Assembly: GCA_964638715.1 (NCBI GenBank)
Contig: CAZWZF010000003.1
Span: 70,288-134,287 of the forward strand
Source: an uncultured bacterium
Lineage (GTDB): Bacteria; Armatimonadota; Hebobacteria; CAIYQO01
Length of the DNA: 64,000 nt
Direction of reading: 5' to 3'
How positions within the stretch are numbered: the first letter of the stretch is position 1; each line of letters begins with the position of its first letter. The translations under genes were made by a program, and so were the position numbers. The notes below the pieces were generated by a model. The model was not told the DNA's origin. It made no database searches and was given only the letters and a program-made list of their open reading frames with translations. Below are positions 10,001 to 19,117 of the stretch, one piece after another.

Positions 10001-11944
10001 ATGATTAACAATGAAAAAATAATAATGATTGTTGAAGATGATATACAATTAACTGTATTAATTAAAAAACAATTATCAAGTTTGAATGCAGTTATTATTT
10101 CATTCTCAAATGGTAATGAAGCTATAGAGAAATTAAATAATGTATCACCGGTGCTGATTCTGTTGGATTTTTCTTTACCTGATATAACTATTCATGATTT
10201 TATATCATCTATGAAAATATTAGGACTGAACATCCCTTTTATTATAATGACAAGTCAAGATGAAGAGCTGACAGAAATTGAAATGATGAAAATAGGAGCA
10301 TCAGAATATCTTATGAAAGATGTATTACTCTTAGATTTGTTGTTACCATCTGTAAAGCATATTTTAAATGATATCAATCAAAAATCTCAGTTAGAAAAAG
10401 CTGAGAAAACAATTGCAGTACGTGAAAAACTTCTTGAAAATGTAATTAATGCAAGTCATGACGCAATTATAGTTGTTGACGAATTTTCTAAGATTCAAAT
10501 CTTCAATCCTGCAACAGAAAAATTACTTGATACCGCAGGAAATGAATTAAAAGACAAATCATTATTTTATTTATTTCCTGACTCGCAGATAGATTTAATT
10601 ACAAATTTAATTAATTCTATTCAGAATAATAATGAAAATTCCAGCAATCGTATTTTAGAAACATTAATAAAACGAAAAGATTATTCTTTCATTCCGGTAG
10701 AAGTTTCTATCTCTGCAATTTTACATGATGACATAAAAATTACAGTCTTAATATTTAAAGATATCAGTGAACGAAAGAGAGAGGAAGAAAAATTAGAAGA
10801 GAGTTGGAAATTATTTAAATCAGTTATTGAAAATATACCTTTTCAAGTTTTTGTTAAAGATGCTGAAAGCAGAAAGATATTGTTCCGTAATAAGTGGGGA
10901 CACCAAATAGATGATATCACATGTGAAGAAATGGTAGGAAAAACTTATGATGAAATTTTCCCGAAAGATATATCTGATGCATTTAATAAAACAGATGAAG
11001 ATGTCATTTTAAAAGGTGATCTTGATATACCTGAGTGGAGTTTCATTGATAATACAGGTATCATTAGATATATGCACACGCATAAATTAGTAGTATATAA
11101 CAAAGATGGCAATCCTTTATACATATTAGGCACCTCTGAAGATATAACCGACCGAAAAATAAGCCAAAAAGATCAACATGAAGCTGATTTATGGCGGCAC
11201 GAAAAACAAAAGATGGAAGCACTTGGAACAATGGCAGGTGGAATCTGCCATGAAATAAATAATCCGTTAACAGGTATTATGAATTATGGACAATTGATTG
11301 CAGATATGTCTGAAAAAGATAGCAGCATCAGTGAATTTGCATGTGAAATAATACATGAAAGTGAAAGAATAGCTTCAATTATTGCTTCACTGCAAGGTTT
11401 ATGTAAAAGTGATACCGGATTGCGCGGTTCGGTTGATTTAATTGATGTAATGGCAAATGTTGAACAATTAGTTAAAACAACTTTAAGACATGATAAAATT
11501 ATATTGAATATAGATATTGATTCGAATATTCCTAAAGTATATGGGAATATGGAACAATACCAACATTTGATGCTAAATATGTTAACTAATGCACGTGATG
11601 CATTAAATGCACGTTTTAATGGTTCTGACCCAAAGAAATTAATAAAGGTTAGTGCAAAGACATCAGATGACTTTGTTATTGTATCAATAGAAGATTATGG
11701 TGTGGGAGTTCCTGAATCAATATTGCATAAGATGTTTGATCCATTTTTTACTACTCATGATAGGACTGAAAGGCAAGGTCTTGGACTCGCGATATGCCAT
11801 AGTATAATATGCGGTCATGGCGGCAATATGCAGGTAGAGAGTAAAATGGATGAATATACAAAGTTTATAATATCATTCCCTTTAGAAGCCGACAATGATC
11901 AGCTTAATTTGAGCAACAGTTCAAATTTACCCGAATTGAGGTAA
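10001..11944 (+). CDS. hybrid sensor histidine kinase: N-terminal receiver, two PAS domains, HisKA, HATPase_c (cytoplasmic)
   Basis: REC with ILLDFSLPD; PAS blocks; H-box GICHEINNPLTGI; G-boxes DYGVGVPE and GLGLAICH; no TM segments. Confidence 0.8.
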   Translation: MINNEKIIMIVEDDIQLTVLIKKQLSSLNAVIISFSNGNEAIEKLNNVSPVLILLDFSLPDITIHDFISSMKILGLNIPFIIMTSQDEELTEIEMMKIGASEYLMKDVLLLDLLLPSVKHILNDINQKSQLEKAEKTIAVREKLLENVINASHDAIIVVDEFSKIQIFNPATEKLLDTAGNELKDKSLFYLFPDSQIDLITNLINSIQNNNENSSNRILETLIKRKDYSFIPVEVSISAILHDDIKITVLIFKDISERKREEEKLEESWKLFKSVIENIPFQVFVKDAESRKILFRNKWGHQIDDITCEEMVGKTYDEIFPKDISDAFNKTDEDVILKGDLDIPEWSFIDNTGIIRYMHTHKLVVYNKDGNPLYILGTSEDITDRKISQKDQHEADLWRHEKQKMEALGTMAGGICHEINNPLTGIMNYGQLIADMSEKDSSISEFACEIIHESERIASIIASLQGLCKSDTGLRGSVDLIDVMANVEQLVKTTLRHDKIILNIDIDSNIPKVYGNMEQYQHLMLNMLTNARDALNARFNGSDPKKLIKVSAKTSDDFVIVSIEDYGVGVPESILHKMFDPFFTTHDRTERQGLGLAICHSIICGHGGNMQVESKMDEYTKFIISFPLEADNDQLNLSNSSNLPELR

Positions 11945-11949
11945 TAATA

Positions 11950-14430
11950 ATGGCAAATGTTTTAGTTGTTGATGATGAAAAAAGCATCAGAATTACATTA
12001 AGAGAATTTTTGAAAAATGAAGGCCACGAGGTAGAGATTGTTGGTGATGCTGATGAAGCATTAGAAATTCTTCGTAAAAGGAAATTTGATGTTGTCGTTA
12101 CTGATATAGTACTTCCACGAATAAGCGGTGTTGATTTATTACGTGTTATTCGCCAATCTGACCCGTTTGTACAAGTTGTTATGATGACCGGAGAACCCAC
12201 TGTTGATTCAGCGTCAGAATCCTTACGAGCAGGAGCGTATGATTATCTGTTTAAACCTATAACAAAATCTGCAATTTTAAAAGTAGTAGCAAATGCTGCT
12301 AATGTTAAATTATTATCTGATCAAAAGCGAGAATTAGAAAGAAAAAATAAAGAATACCAGGAAGAATTAGAAAAACTGGTTGAGCAAAGAACTGTAGAAT
12401 TAAAGAGAAGTGAAGAACAATATCGAACTCTGTTTGAAACTATGTCACAAGGTGTGATTTATGTAAATCAAGAAGGTATGATATCAGTTGTTAATCCTGC
12501 TGCTGAAAGAATATTAGGAGTAACAGAAAATTTTTTACATGGACACTCTTTCGCAGACGAAATGTGGGCTTATTATGACGAAGCTGGTGTTAAATTAAGA
12601 TATGACGAGTTTCCTGTTGCAATTTCTATGCGTGTTAAGCAACCTATTACCGGAAAAATTATTGGTGTTCATAATCCTGTTAAAGATGAAATAAGATGGC
12701 TTGATACTGATGTCCAGTTAGGATTAACACATGAAGGAAATTACGATGGTGCATATATAATATTTGAAGACATAACTGAACAACGTTATGCAACGGATGA
12801 AATTACCAGACAAACAAAACATGCACAAGCATTAGCAAAATCAGCAACTGTGCTATCTGATATATTGGATATTGAATCATTACTTGAAACTGTATGTCAA
12901 ACGGTGATGACTACTTTAAATGTTGATTCCGTTTGTGTAAACTTACTTAATGAAGAAGGTGAATTATATAGGAATCCTGTATGTTCGGCCAAAAATGATG
13001 ATATTGAATTACGAATTTCAGAATTTTGCAATGATGATAATGGGTGTAAAGCTGTTTTTGATGATGAAAGAGATGTAATATTAGTATCAGATATATCGGA
13101 AAGAAAAGATCAGGCGGGATATAACAAATTATTCAGTATAAACGCAAAATCCATGTTGTCGTTAAGAATAAGACACAAAAGAATGCCAGTTGGCATGTTA
13201 ACACTAATTAGTTTCTCTGAGAACCGAGGTTTTCTTCCTGACGAATTATCATTAATAAGTGGTTTGGCCGCACAAGCAGCGCAGGCGATATTAAATGCAA
13301 GATTATATTCTGAAGCAAATAGAAGATTGGATTTTCTGCAAGGTTTGCGCAGTATTGAACGTGCTATTTCTTCTACAATTGATCTTGATGTAGTATTGGA
13401 AGTCTTTTTAAATCAGGCTATCTCTCAATTACGGATTTCTGCTTGTGATATTCTGTTATTTGATCACAATACCATGACTTTGGATTTCGCTTCTGGTCAA
13501 GGTTTTAGAACTCGTGCCTTACGTCATACCAGGCTTAGAATGGGGCAGGGATTTGCCGGCCAAGCTGCAATGGGTCAGAAAGTAATGATTATTGATGATC
13601 TTCCTGGAAGATTAGATAAATTATCTTCTTCACCATTTTTCATGAGTGAAGGATTTAACACCTATATTGCAGCTCCATTAATTGCTAAAGGGCAAGTAGT
13701 CGGTGTCATGGAATTATTTAATAGAGAACCATTGGAACCGGATTATGAATGGCGTGAATTTCTTGATACATTGGCTGGACAAGCAGCAATCGCAATTGAT
13801 AATGCGGCTTTATTTAAAGCACGACAGCAATCAAGTATCGAGTTGCTGGTAGCTTACGACTTAACCTTGGAAGGATGGTCAAAAGCTCTTGACTTACGCG
13901 ATAGAGAAACTGAAGGGCATTCTTTGCGTGTTACAGAAGGAACAGAACGACTTGCACGACATTTGAATTATTCACCAAGTGAGATAACTCACATGCGCAG
14001 GGGAGCTTTGTTGCACGATATTGGTAAATTAGGCATACCGGATGGGATTTTATTAAAGCCAGGTTCGCTTAATGATGAAGAGTGGTCGGTAATGAAATTA
14101 CATCCTTCTTACGCGTATGAATGGCTGTCACCAATTCCTTTCTTAAAACTTGCTCTTGAAATACCTTATAGTCACCATGAAAGATGGGATGGATCTGGTT
14201 ATCCAAGAAAATTAGTCGGTGATGAGATACCAATGGCTGCGAGAATATTTGCTGTTATTGATGTTTGGGACGCATTAACTTCTGACAGGCCATATCGCAG
14301 AGCTTGGTCAGCAGAACAAACTATTGAATATCTTAAAGAAAATTCTGGAAAATTATTTGATCCCAAGGTTGTTGACGCCTTTATTACTATGCATTATGAT
14401 TTAGCACCATTTGAAAATGTCGGTAATTAG
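11950..14430 (+). CDS. response regulator with PAS, 2x GAF and HD-GYP domain (c-di-GMP phosphodiesterase)
   Basis: REC VLVVDDE...VVTDIVLP; coiled coil; GAF regions; HD motif LLHDIGK and HHERWDGSGYP HD-GYP signature. Confidence 0.8.
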   Translation: MANVLVVDDEKSIRITLREFLKNEGHEVEIVGDADEALEILRKRKFDVVVTDIVLPRISGVDLLRVIRQSDPFVQVVMMTGEPTVDSASESLRAGAYDYLFKPITKSAILKVVANAANVKLLSDQKRELERKNKEYQEELEKLVEQRTVELKRSEEQYRTLFETMSQGVIYVNQEGMISVVNPAAERILGVTENFLHGHSFADEMWAYYDEAGVKLRYDEFPVAISMRVKQPITGKIIGVHNPVKDEIRWLDTDVQLGLTHEGNYDGAYIIFEDITEQRYATDEITRQTKHAQALAKSATVLSDILDIESLLETVCQTVMTTLNVDSVCVNLLNEEGELYRNPVCSAKNDDIELRISEFCNDDNGCKAVFDDERDVILVSDISERKDQAGYNKLFSINAKSMLSLRIRHKRMPVGMLTLISFSENRGFLPDELSLISGLAAQAAQAILNARLYSEANRRLDFLQGLRSIERAISSTIDLDVVLEVFLNQAISQLRISACDILLFDHNTMTLDFASGQGFRTRALRHTRLRMGQGFAGQAAMGQKVMIIDDLPGRLDKLSSSPFFMSEGFNTYIAAPLIAKGQVVGVMELFNREPLEPDYEWREFLDTLAGQAAIAIDNAALFKARQQSSIELLVAYDLTLEGWSKALDLRDRETEGHSLRVTEGTERLARHLNYSPSEITHMRRGALLHDIGKLGIPDGILLKPGSLNDEEWSVMKLHPSYAYEWLSPIPFLKLALEIPYSHHERWDGSGYPRKLVGDEIPMAARIFAVIDVWDALTSDRPYRRAWSAEQTIEYLKENSGKLFDPKVVDAFITMHYDLAPFENVGN

Positions 14431-14574
14431 TAAATTAAAGTCATAATTTTAATAAAAATATCCTTATGTAGGCACATATATTATATAAATATTGAGAAAA
14501 TAGAGTGTTTTTGTATAAAAACACCTTTATTTTAATAAATAAATGAAATTTTTTTGTATTTTTGTATATTTTGT

Positions 14575-14603
14575 TTGCATTTTCTTACATTTGCTGATAT
14601 AAT
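14575..14603 (+). promoter_or_regulatory. sigma-70 promoter TTGCAT-N17-TATAAT
   Basis: TTGCAT at 14575-14580, 17-nt spacer, TATAAT at 14598-14603; ~150-nt leader to next ORF. Confidence 0.55.
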
Positions 14604-14756
14604 ATTTCTGGAGATAAAGTCTCCATTAACAGACCGACACAAGGATTTGCCTGATTAGGCTTCGAACCGGTTGTACTAACCTAAGCGTAGTTCATCCATC
14701 ATGCCTCCAGTCCCTTATACCAATGGCGGTTCTGATACCCAGAAGGAGTGCATGCT

Positions 14757-15095
14757 ATGAGCTACACTGACAAAAATTTATCTTGCCGCGATTGCGGCAA
14801 AGGTTTCGTGTTCACCGCTGGTGAACAGGAATTCCATGACCAGAAAGGGTTCACAAATACCCCCGGTCGTTGCCCAGATTGCCGCGCAGCTCGCAAAGCC
14901 CAAGGTGGCTTTGGTGGCGGACGACGTTCAGGTGGTGGAAACTCCGGTCCTCGCGAAATGCATAGCGCTGTATGCGCAGCATGTGGAAAGACCTGCCAAG
15001 TTCCTTTCCAGCCAAGTGGCGAAAAGCCCGTTTACTGTTCAGATTGTTTCCAGGGACAACGCAACAATAGCCCACGTGGTAACTCACGCTGGTAA
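14757..15095 (+). CDS. tandem zinc-ribbon protein (two CxxC...CxxC modules; second is CxxC-x17-CxxC) with Gly/Arg-rich linker
   Basis: CRDC...CPDC and CAAC-x17-CSDC; GGAG 8 nt upstream of ATG 14757. Confidence 0.6.
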   Translation: MSYTDKNLSCRDCGKGFVFTAGEQEFHDQKGFTNTPGRCPDCRAARKAQGGFGGGRRSGGGNSGPREMHSAVCAACGKTCQVPFQPSGEKPVYCSDCFQGQRNNSPRGNSRW

Positions 15096-15222
15096 TTGTT
15101 TCAGTTTCTGATTAGATCTATTCCTTATGCCAGATATTTGTATTTGGCATAAGGTTTTTTTTTAGTAAAATCTGGAACCTTATACAATAATTCAAGTTAT
15201 ATAAGGTAAGGAGAAATATAAT

Positions 15223-15958
15223 ATGAAAAATTTTCTATTATTAATGTTGATTTTTGTGATTTCAACATTATCATGGCCTGCATCTATTGATGTGAAACCT
15301 GTAAAAGAAATTAAAGGCTCTGTAAGTGATGCTTCATTGCAGAAAAATTGCCCTGAGTTTGTTGCTGATGCTGTAGATATGAATGCGTTATGGCAATCCT
15401 TGAAAATTAAAGAAAAAATCCCTGAAATTGATTTTTCAAAACAGATTGTATTGGTTTCAACTACTGTTGGCAGCGTAATGAACCTTACTGTAACTTTGGA
15501 TGAAAAAGGTGACATGAAAACTATTGGTATGTCGTCAATGGACTTCGGTGAAGGTTTCCGTTATTTGATGCAAGTTGTCAGTCGTGAAGGTGTGAAAACT
15601 ATAAATGGTAAAGTAGTTCCAACAACAAGAAAGATTTTGCCAGTTGCAATTTTTAAAGGCACAATTATGGATTACAAGTTGTTGAAAAACTCACAGGAAG
15701 TAATAACAAAATTACAACAGCTTAAAGATTTATGGACTTTATGGAAAGTGGCAGACAAATTTCCTGATATTGATTTCACAAATTGTTACAACAGGTATGG
15801 GCAGCATATTATATTCTTCATATTCAATTGAAATGAATGGCAATTTGAAAGTTGACGCAATTCAAACAAAAGATATCGCAGAAGGATTCAGATATCAAAT
15901 TGCAATTATTAATCTTGATGGAATTAAGACTATTAATGGTAAAGAGGTACCAAAATAG
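15223..15958 (+). pseudogene. secreted tandem-repeat protein gene with +1 frameshift (15223-15831 then 15770-15958)
   Basis: Signal peptide; domain 1 (DFGEGFRY...KTINGKVVP) is repeated in the downstream overlapping ORF (AEGFRY...KTINGKEVPK) in another frame; shift maps to AAA run at 15780-15782. Confidence 0.55.
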
Positions 15959-15991
15959 AACTGTTTATTTCAATTTATATATGAACAAATC

Positions 15992-16026
15992 GATACCATG
16001 ATAATTTATACATGGTATCTTTTTTA
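15992..16026 (+). terminator. rho-independent terminator
   Basis: GATACCATG...CATGGTATC hairpin followed by T6. Confidence 0.6.
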
Positions 16027-16146
16027 TAAAGTTAGTTGATTAATTTTGACTAAAGTGGTTTAAATATTATCTTTCATGGGTATTTAAATTTTACAAAGAA
16101 CTGGCTAAACACTAAGCCAGTCATATCATTAAAGGAGGTTGATACC

Positions 16147-16614
16147 ATGAGTATCGTAAGATGGGATCCCTTTGCTGATATGGCTCAGTTAAGGGAACAA
16201 GTAAACAAGTTGTTTGAGCAAAGTATCGCTCAAAATGGACGTGAACCCGTTGCAATGCGCAGCTGGGCACCGTTGGTTGACATTGCAGAGACTGCTGATA
16301 CTATAATGGTACATGCAGAATTGCCAGGTATAAAACCTGAAGAGATTACCATTGAAGTAGAAGGTGGGATGTTAACAATCAGAGGTGAACGTAAGATTGA
16401 AAAGGAAACAAAAGATAAACAATTTGTTCGGGTAGAACGTGCTTACGGTTCTTTCCAAAGATCATTTAATTTAGCAGTACCTATTAAACAATCGAATGTA
16501 AAAGCAGCTTATCGAAATGGGGTGTTAGAAATTACTCTTCCTAAAGCAGAAGAAGCGAAACCTAAACAGATTACTATTGAAGTACAGAATGAAATAGAGG
16601 ATAAAACTAAGTAA
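16147..16614 (+). CDS. Hsp20/alpha-crystallin small heat-shock protein
   Basis: WDPF N-terminal motif, alpha-crystallin domain; AAAGGAGG RBS. Confidence 0.85.
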   Translation: MSIVRWDPFADMAQLREQVNKLFEQSIAQNGREPVAMRSWAPLVDIAETADTIMVHAELPGIKPEEITIEVEGGMLTIRGERKIEKETKDKQFVRVERAYGSFQRSFNLAVPIKQSNVKAAYRNGVLEITLPKAEEAKPKQITIEVQNEIEDKTK

Positions 16615-16631
16615 TCGCATGTTTTTTATAT

Positions 16632-16655
16632 GCCCCGACTTCAATTTGTCGGGGC
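16632..16655 (+). terminator. GC-rich hairpin (terminator-like) after hsp20
   Basis: GCCCCGAC-loop-GTCGGGGC; weak T-tract. Confidence 0.4.
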
Positions 16656-16697
16656 ATACTTGCAGGAAGATACATGTAAAACTGGAATGTATAAATT

Positions 16698-16901
16698 ATG
16701 AATGGTTGTAATCGTAATGAAATAAAAGCAGGTTTGTTAGTTGATGTTGTGTTGAAAAAAGATCAGGGAACAGAGATATTAACCAGAGGTATTGTAAAAG
16801 ATATTTTAACTAATGCATTATTTCATCCGCATGGAATAAAAGTTCGGTTGCAGGATGGTCAAATCGGACGGATAGCACGTATTCTGCAGTACTTGAAATA
16901 A
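16698..16901 (+). CDS. YwbE-like small protein (DUF2196 family)
   Basis: KDILTN..HPHGIKVRL motif characteristic of B. subtilis YwbE-family proteins. Confidence 0.55.
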   Translation: MNGCNRNEIKAGLLVDVVLKKDQGTEILTRGIVKDILTNALFHPHGIKVRLQDGQIGRIARILQYLK

Positions 16902-17006
16902 TTCTATAAAACTCATCAAATTTAACTCAATCATGTTTATTCTACTGCGCAACAGTGAATCATAATAGGTGTCTAAAATTATTATATTGAATGAAAGGAT
17001 GCGTAT

Positions 17007-18194
17007 ATGCGTAGAGTTGTAGTTACAGGTTTAGGTATAGTTTCTTGCCTGGGCAATGATATACCATCATTTTGGGCTGATTTATTAGCTGGCAAAAGTG
17101 GTATGCGGCAAATGTCGCGTTGGGACCCGACTGGATTGCGAAATACAAAGATGGGTGAGGTTGTTGATTTCCCCTGGACTGATGACCATGATGAAGCCAG
17201 TCAATTTGCACTATATGCTGCAGCATCCGCTATAAAAGATTCAGGTATTGTAGATACAAGTCATCTGGGTCTGGTGTCATCAACCAATTTCGGAGGCGCA
17301 GCCTTTTGGGATCAATATCTTGCCTGCTTGACTGATGGAGCAATTGATGCAGAAACCGCGGAATTATTTACAGAATTTATCTTCAGTCGCACTGCTGATT
17401 TAATTAAAGAAAAATATGGATTCAATGGACCTACTCGGGTTATGACATTATCATGCAGCAGCGGGACGGCAGCAATAGGGCAGGGGATGGATTTGATTCG
17501 CACAGGAAAATCATCTGCAGTATTATGTGAAGGTCATGATAGTCTTGCCTATTCAAGCATGGCTGGATTATCTATATTGCGAACAATTACAGCTGACGAA
17601 TTGCGTCCCTTCGATATTCGGCGAAGTGGAACTATATTTGGTGAAGGATCAGGTGCTTTGATTCTTGAAGATTCAGATTCAGCCGTAAAACGCGGAGCTA
17701 AGATATATGGTGAAGTGGCCGGCTATGCTGTGAATAATAATGCACATCATCTTACAGCACCAGATAAGGAAGGCGATGGCATTGTTGCAATGTTAAAAGA
17801 AGCTCTTAGAGATGCTGCTGCTTTACCAATTGATGTTGATTATATTAACGCTCATGGCACTGGCACTGCTTATTTTGATGTAACTGAAACGAAGGCTGTA
17901 AAGACCGTATTGGGTGACAAAGCGTTTAAGATTCCTATAAGTAGTATAAAACCTGCTGTTGGGCACATGATGGCTGCTGCCGGGTCTGTAGAGGCGATAG
18001 TGACGCTATTGGCATTGCGAGATGGAATTGTACCACCTACATTAAATCATGAACAACCCGATCCGGAATGCGACCTTGATTATGTGTCAACTGGCGCAAG
18101 AAAAGTTGATATAAAAAACGCTATATCAATATCATCAGGTATTGGCGGTAATAATTCTGCTGTTGTATTGAAAAAATGGCAAGGAGGAAATTAA
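17007..18194 (+). CDS. beta-ketoacyl-ACP synthase (KAS I/II family, intact Cys-His-His triad)
   Basis: LSCSSG active Cys, INAHGTGT and KPAVGHMMAAAG His motifs. Confidence 0.8.
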   Translation: MRRVVVTGLGIVSCLGNDIPSFWADLLAGKSGMRQMSRWDPTGLRNTKMGEVVDFPWTDDHDEASQFALYAAASAIKDSGIVDTSHLGLVSSTNFGGAAFWDQYLACLTDGAIDAETAELFTEFIFSRTADLIKEKYGFNGPTRVMTLSCSSGTAAIGQGMDLIRTGKSSAVLCEGHDSLAYSSMAGLSILRTITADELRPFDIRRSGTIFGEGSGALILEDSDSAVKRGAKIYGEVAGYAVNNNAHHLTAPDKEGDGIVAMLKEALRDAAALPIDVDYINAHGTGTAYFDVTETKAVKTVLGDKAFKIPISSIKPAVGHMMAAAGSVEAIVTLLALRDGIVPPTLNHEQPDPECDLDYVSTGARKVDIKNAISISSGIGGNNSAVVLKKWQGGN

Positions 18195-18195
18195 T

Positions 18196-18963
18196 ATGAA
18201 AGATGTTTTAATTACTGGTACTGGTATCGTATCATCAGCAGGTATTGGGATAGAAAACTTTGAGAAGGCAAAAAACATAAAAATTGAAGCCGAATTCCCT
18301 GAGTTCGGTGGTGAATATCCAATAATTCCAGTGAAGAATCTCGATATAACCACTATTTTACCCAGCGTAAAGACATATCTTGATCGTGCTTCAGAGTTTA
18401 CCTTGGCGGCTGCAATGCTTGCTTTACAGTCAGCAGGATTAAATAGTGAAAATATATCCATATGGCGAACTGGTGCTGTAATGGGGTCACAATTCGGCTG
18501 CCTTACAACTCTGTATACTTATACTGCTTCATTAATGCAAAAAGGCACACGAATGGCAAACCCTTTGTTGTTTAGCCATTCGTATTTGAATACACCAATC
18601 AGCCTGGTTGCTATTGAGTTTGGCATAGGTGGGCATCATGGAGCATTTGCTGGTGAGAATTCAGGTAATATGGCATTAGAAAGTGCTATAGAAGCATTGC
18701 AAATGAACCGTGCTGATATTATTATCGTTGTTGGAGTTGATGTAATAAGCCAGCCGCAATATAAAGCTTTGGCAGCTTCCGGCAATTTAAATTATCCTAT
18801 CGGTGAAGCGGCTTGTGCATTTGTTTTAGAAACCAGAGATTCATCTCAAAGTCGTAAAGTGGAAGGTAAAAAAATATCAATTGCATCTGATTTTCAATCT
18901 ACTCGTGAATTGTTGGGATACACATTTGCGGCTGAACCTTTTATAGCTACATTAATGAATTAA
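18196..18963 (+). CDS. ketosynthase N-terminal-domain-only protein (chain-length-factor-like partner), translationally coupled to upstream KAS
   Basis: Thiolase-fold N-terminal half similarity; only 255 aa; lacks the His-His C-terminal half; 1-nt gap to upstream stop with AGGAGG inside upstream gene. Confidence 0.6.
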   Translation: MKDVLITGTGIVSSAGIGIENFEKAKNIKIEAEFPEFGGEYPIIPVKNLDITTILPSVKTYLDRASEFTLAAAMLALQSAGLNSENISIWRTGAVMGSQFGCLTTLYTYTASLMQKGTRMANPLLFSHSYLNTPISLVAIEFGIGGHHGAFAGENSGNMALESAIEALQMNRADIIIVVGVDVISQPQYKALAASGNLNYPIGEAACAFVLETRDSSQSRKVEGKKISIASDFQSTRELLGYTFAAEPFIATLMN

Positions 18964-19010
18964 TTTCAACTGATATAGTTCAATGAAGCAGTAGTTTTTT
19001 AGCATAGATA

Positions 19011-19039
19011 TTGACAGATTTTGCGGTAATTGCTATTGT
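19011..19039 (+). promoter_or_regulatory. sigma-70 promoter TTGACA-N17-TATTGT upstream of purA
   Basis: TTGACA 19011-19016, TATTGT 19034-19039. Confidence 0.45.
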
Positions 19040-19057
19040 ATGCCGTAACTGCATTGG

Positions 19058-19098
19058 GATGCTGTCGGTTACACCGAACAGCATCTTTTTTATTTTTC
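19058..19098 (+). terminator. intrinsic terminator-like hairpin in the purA leader (also possible terminator of the KS operon)
   Basis: 12-bp stem GATGCTGTCGGT/ACCGA(A)CAGCATC, 3-nt loop, followed by TTTTTTATTTTT. Confidence 0.55.
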
Positions 19099-19117
19099 CT
19101 GTGCTAAGGAGCTTGAT

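Noticed and set aside
14655-14675. CTTCGAACCGG, i.e. reverse complement of a GGTTCGAAG T-loop-like motif, suggesting a minus-strand tRNA
   Set aside because: The flanking sequence cannot form T-stem or acceptor-stem pairings. It lies inside the 5'UTR of the zinc-ribbon gene.
14821-15111. 96-aa ORF overlapping the zinc-ribbon CDS in another frame (and antisense ORF 14851-15087)
   Set aside because: Fully embedded in a better-supported CDS with RBS and promoter; compositional artefacts of the GC-richer Gly/Arg-coding stretch.
16090-16146. Hairpin CTGGCT...AGCCAG in the hsp20 leader as a possible RNA thermometer
   Set aside because: The hairpin does not include the AAAGGAGG SD, so it does not fit ROSE/fourU-type SD occlusion. 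Left as ordinary leader structure.
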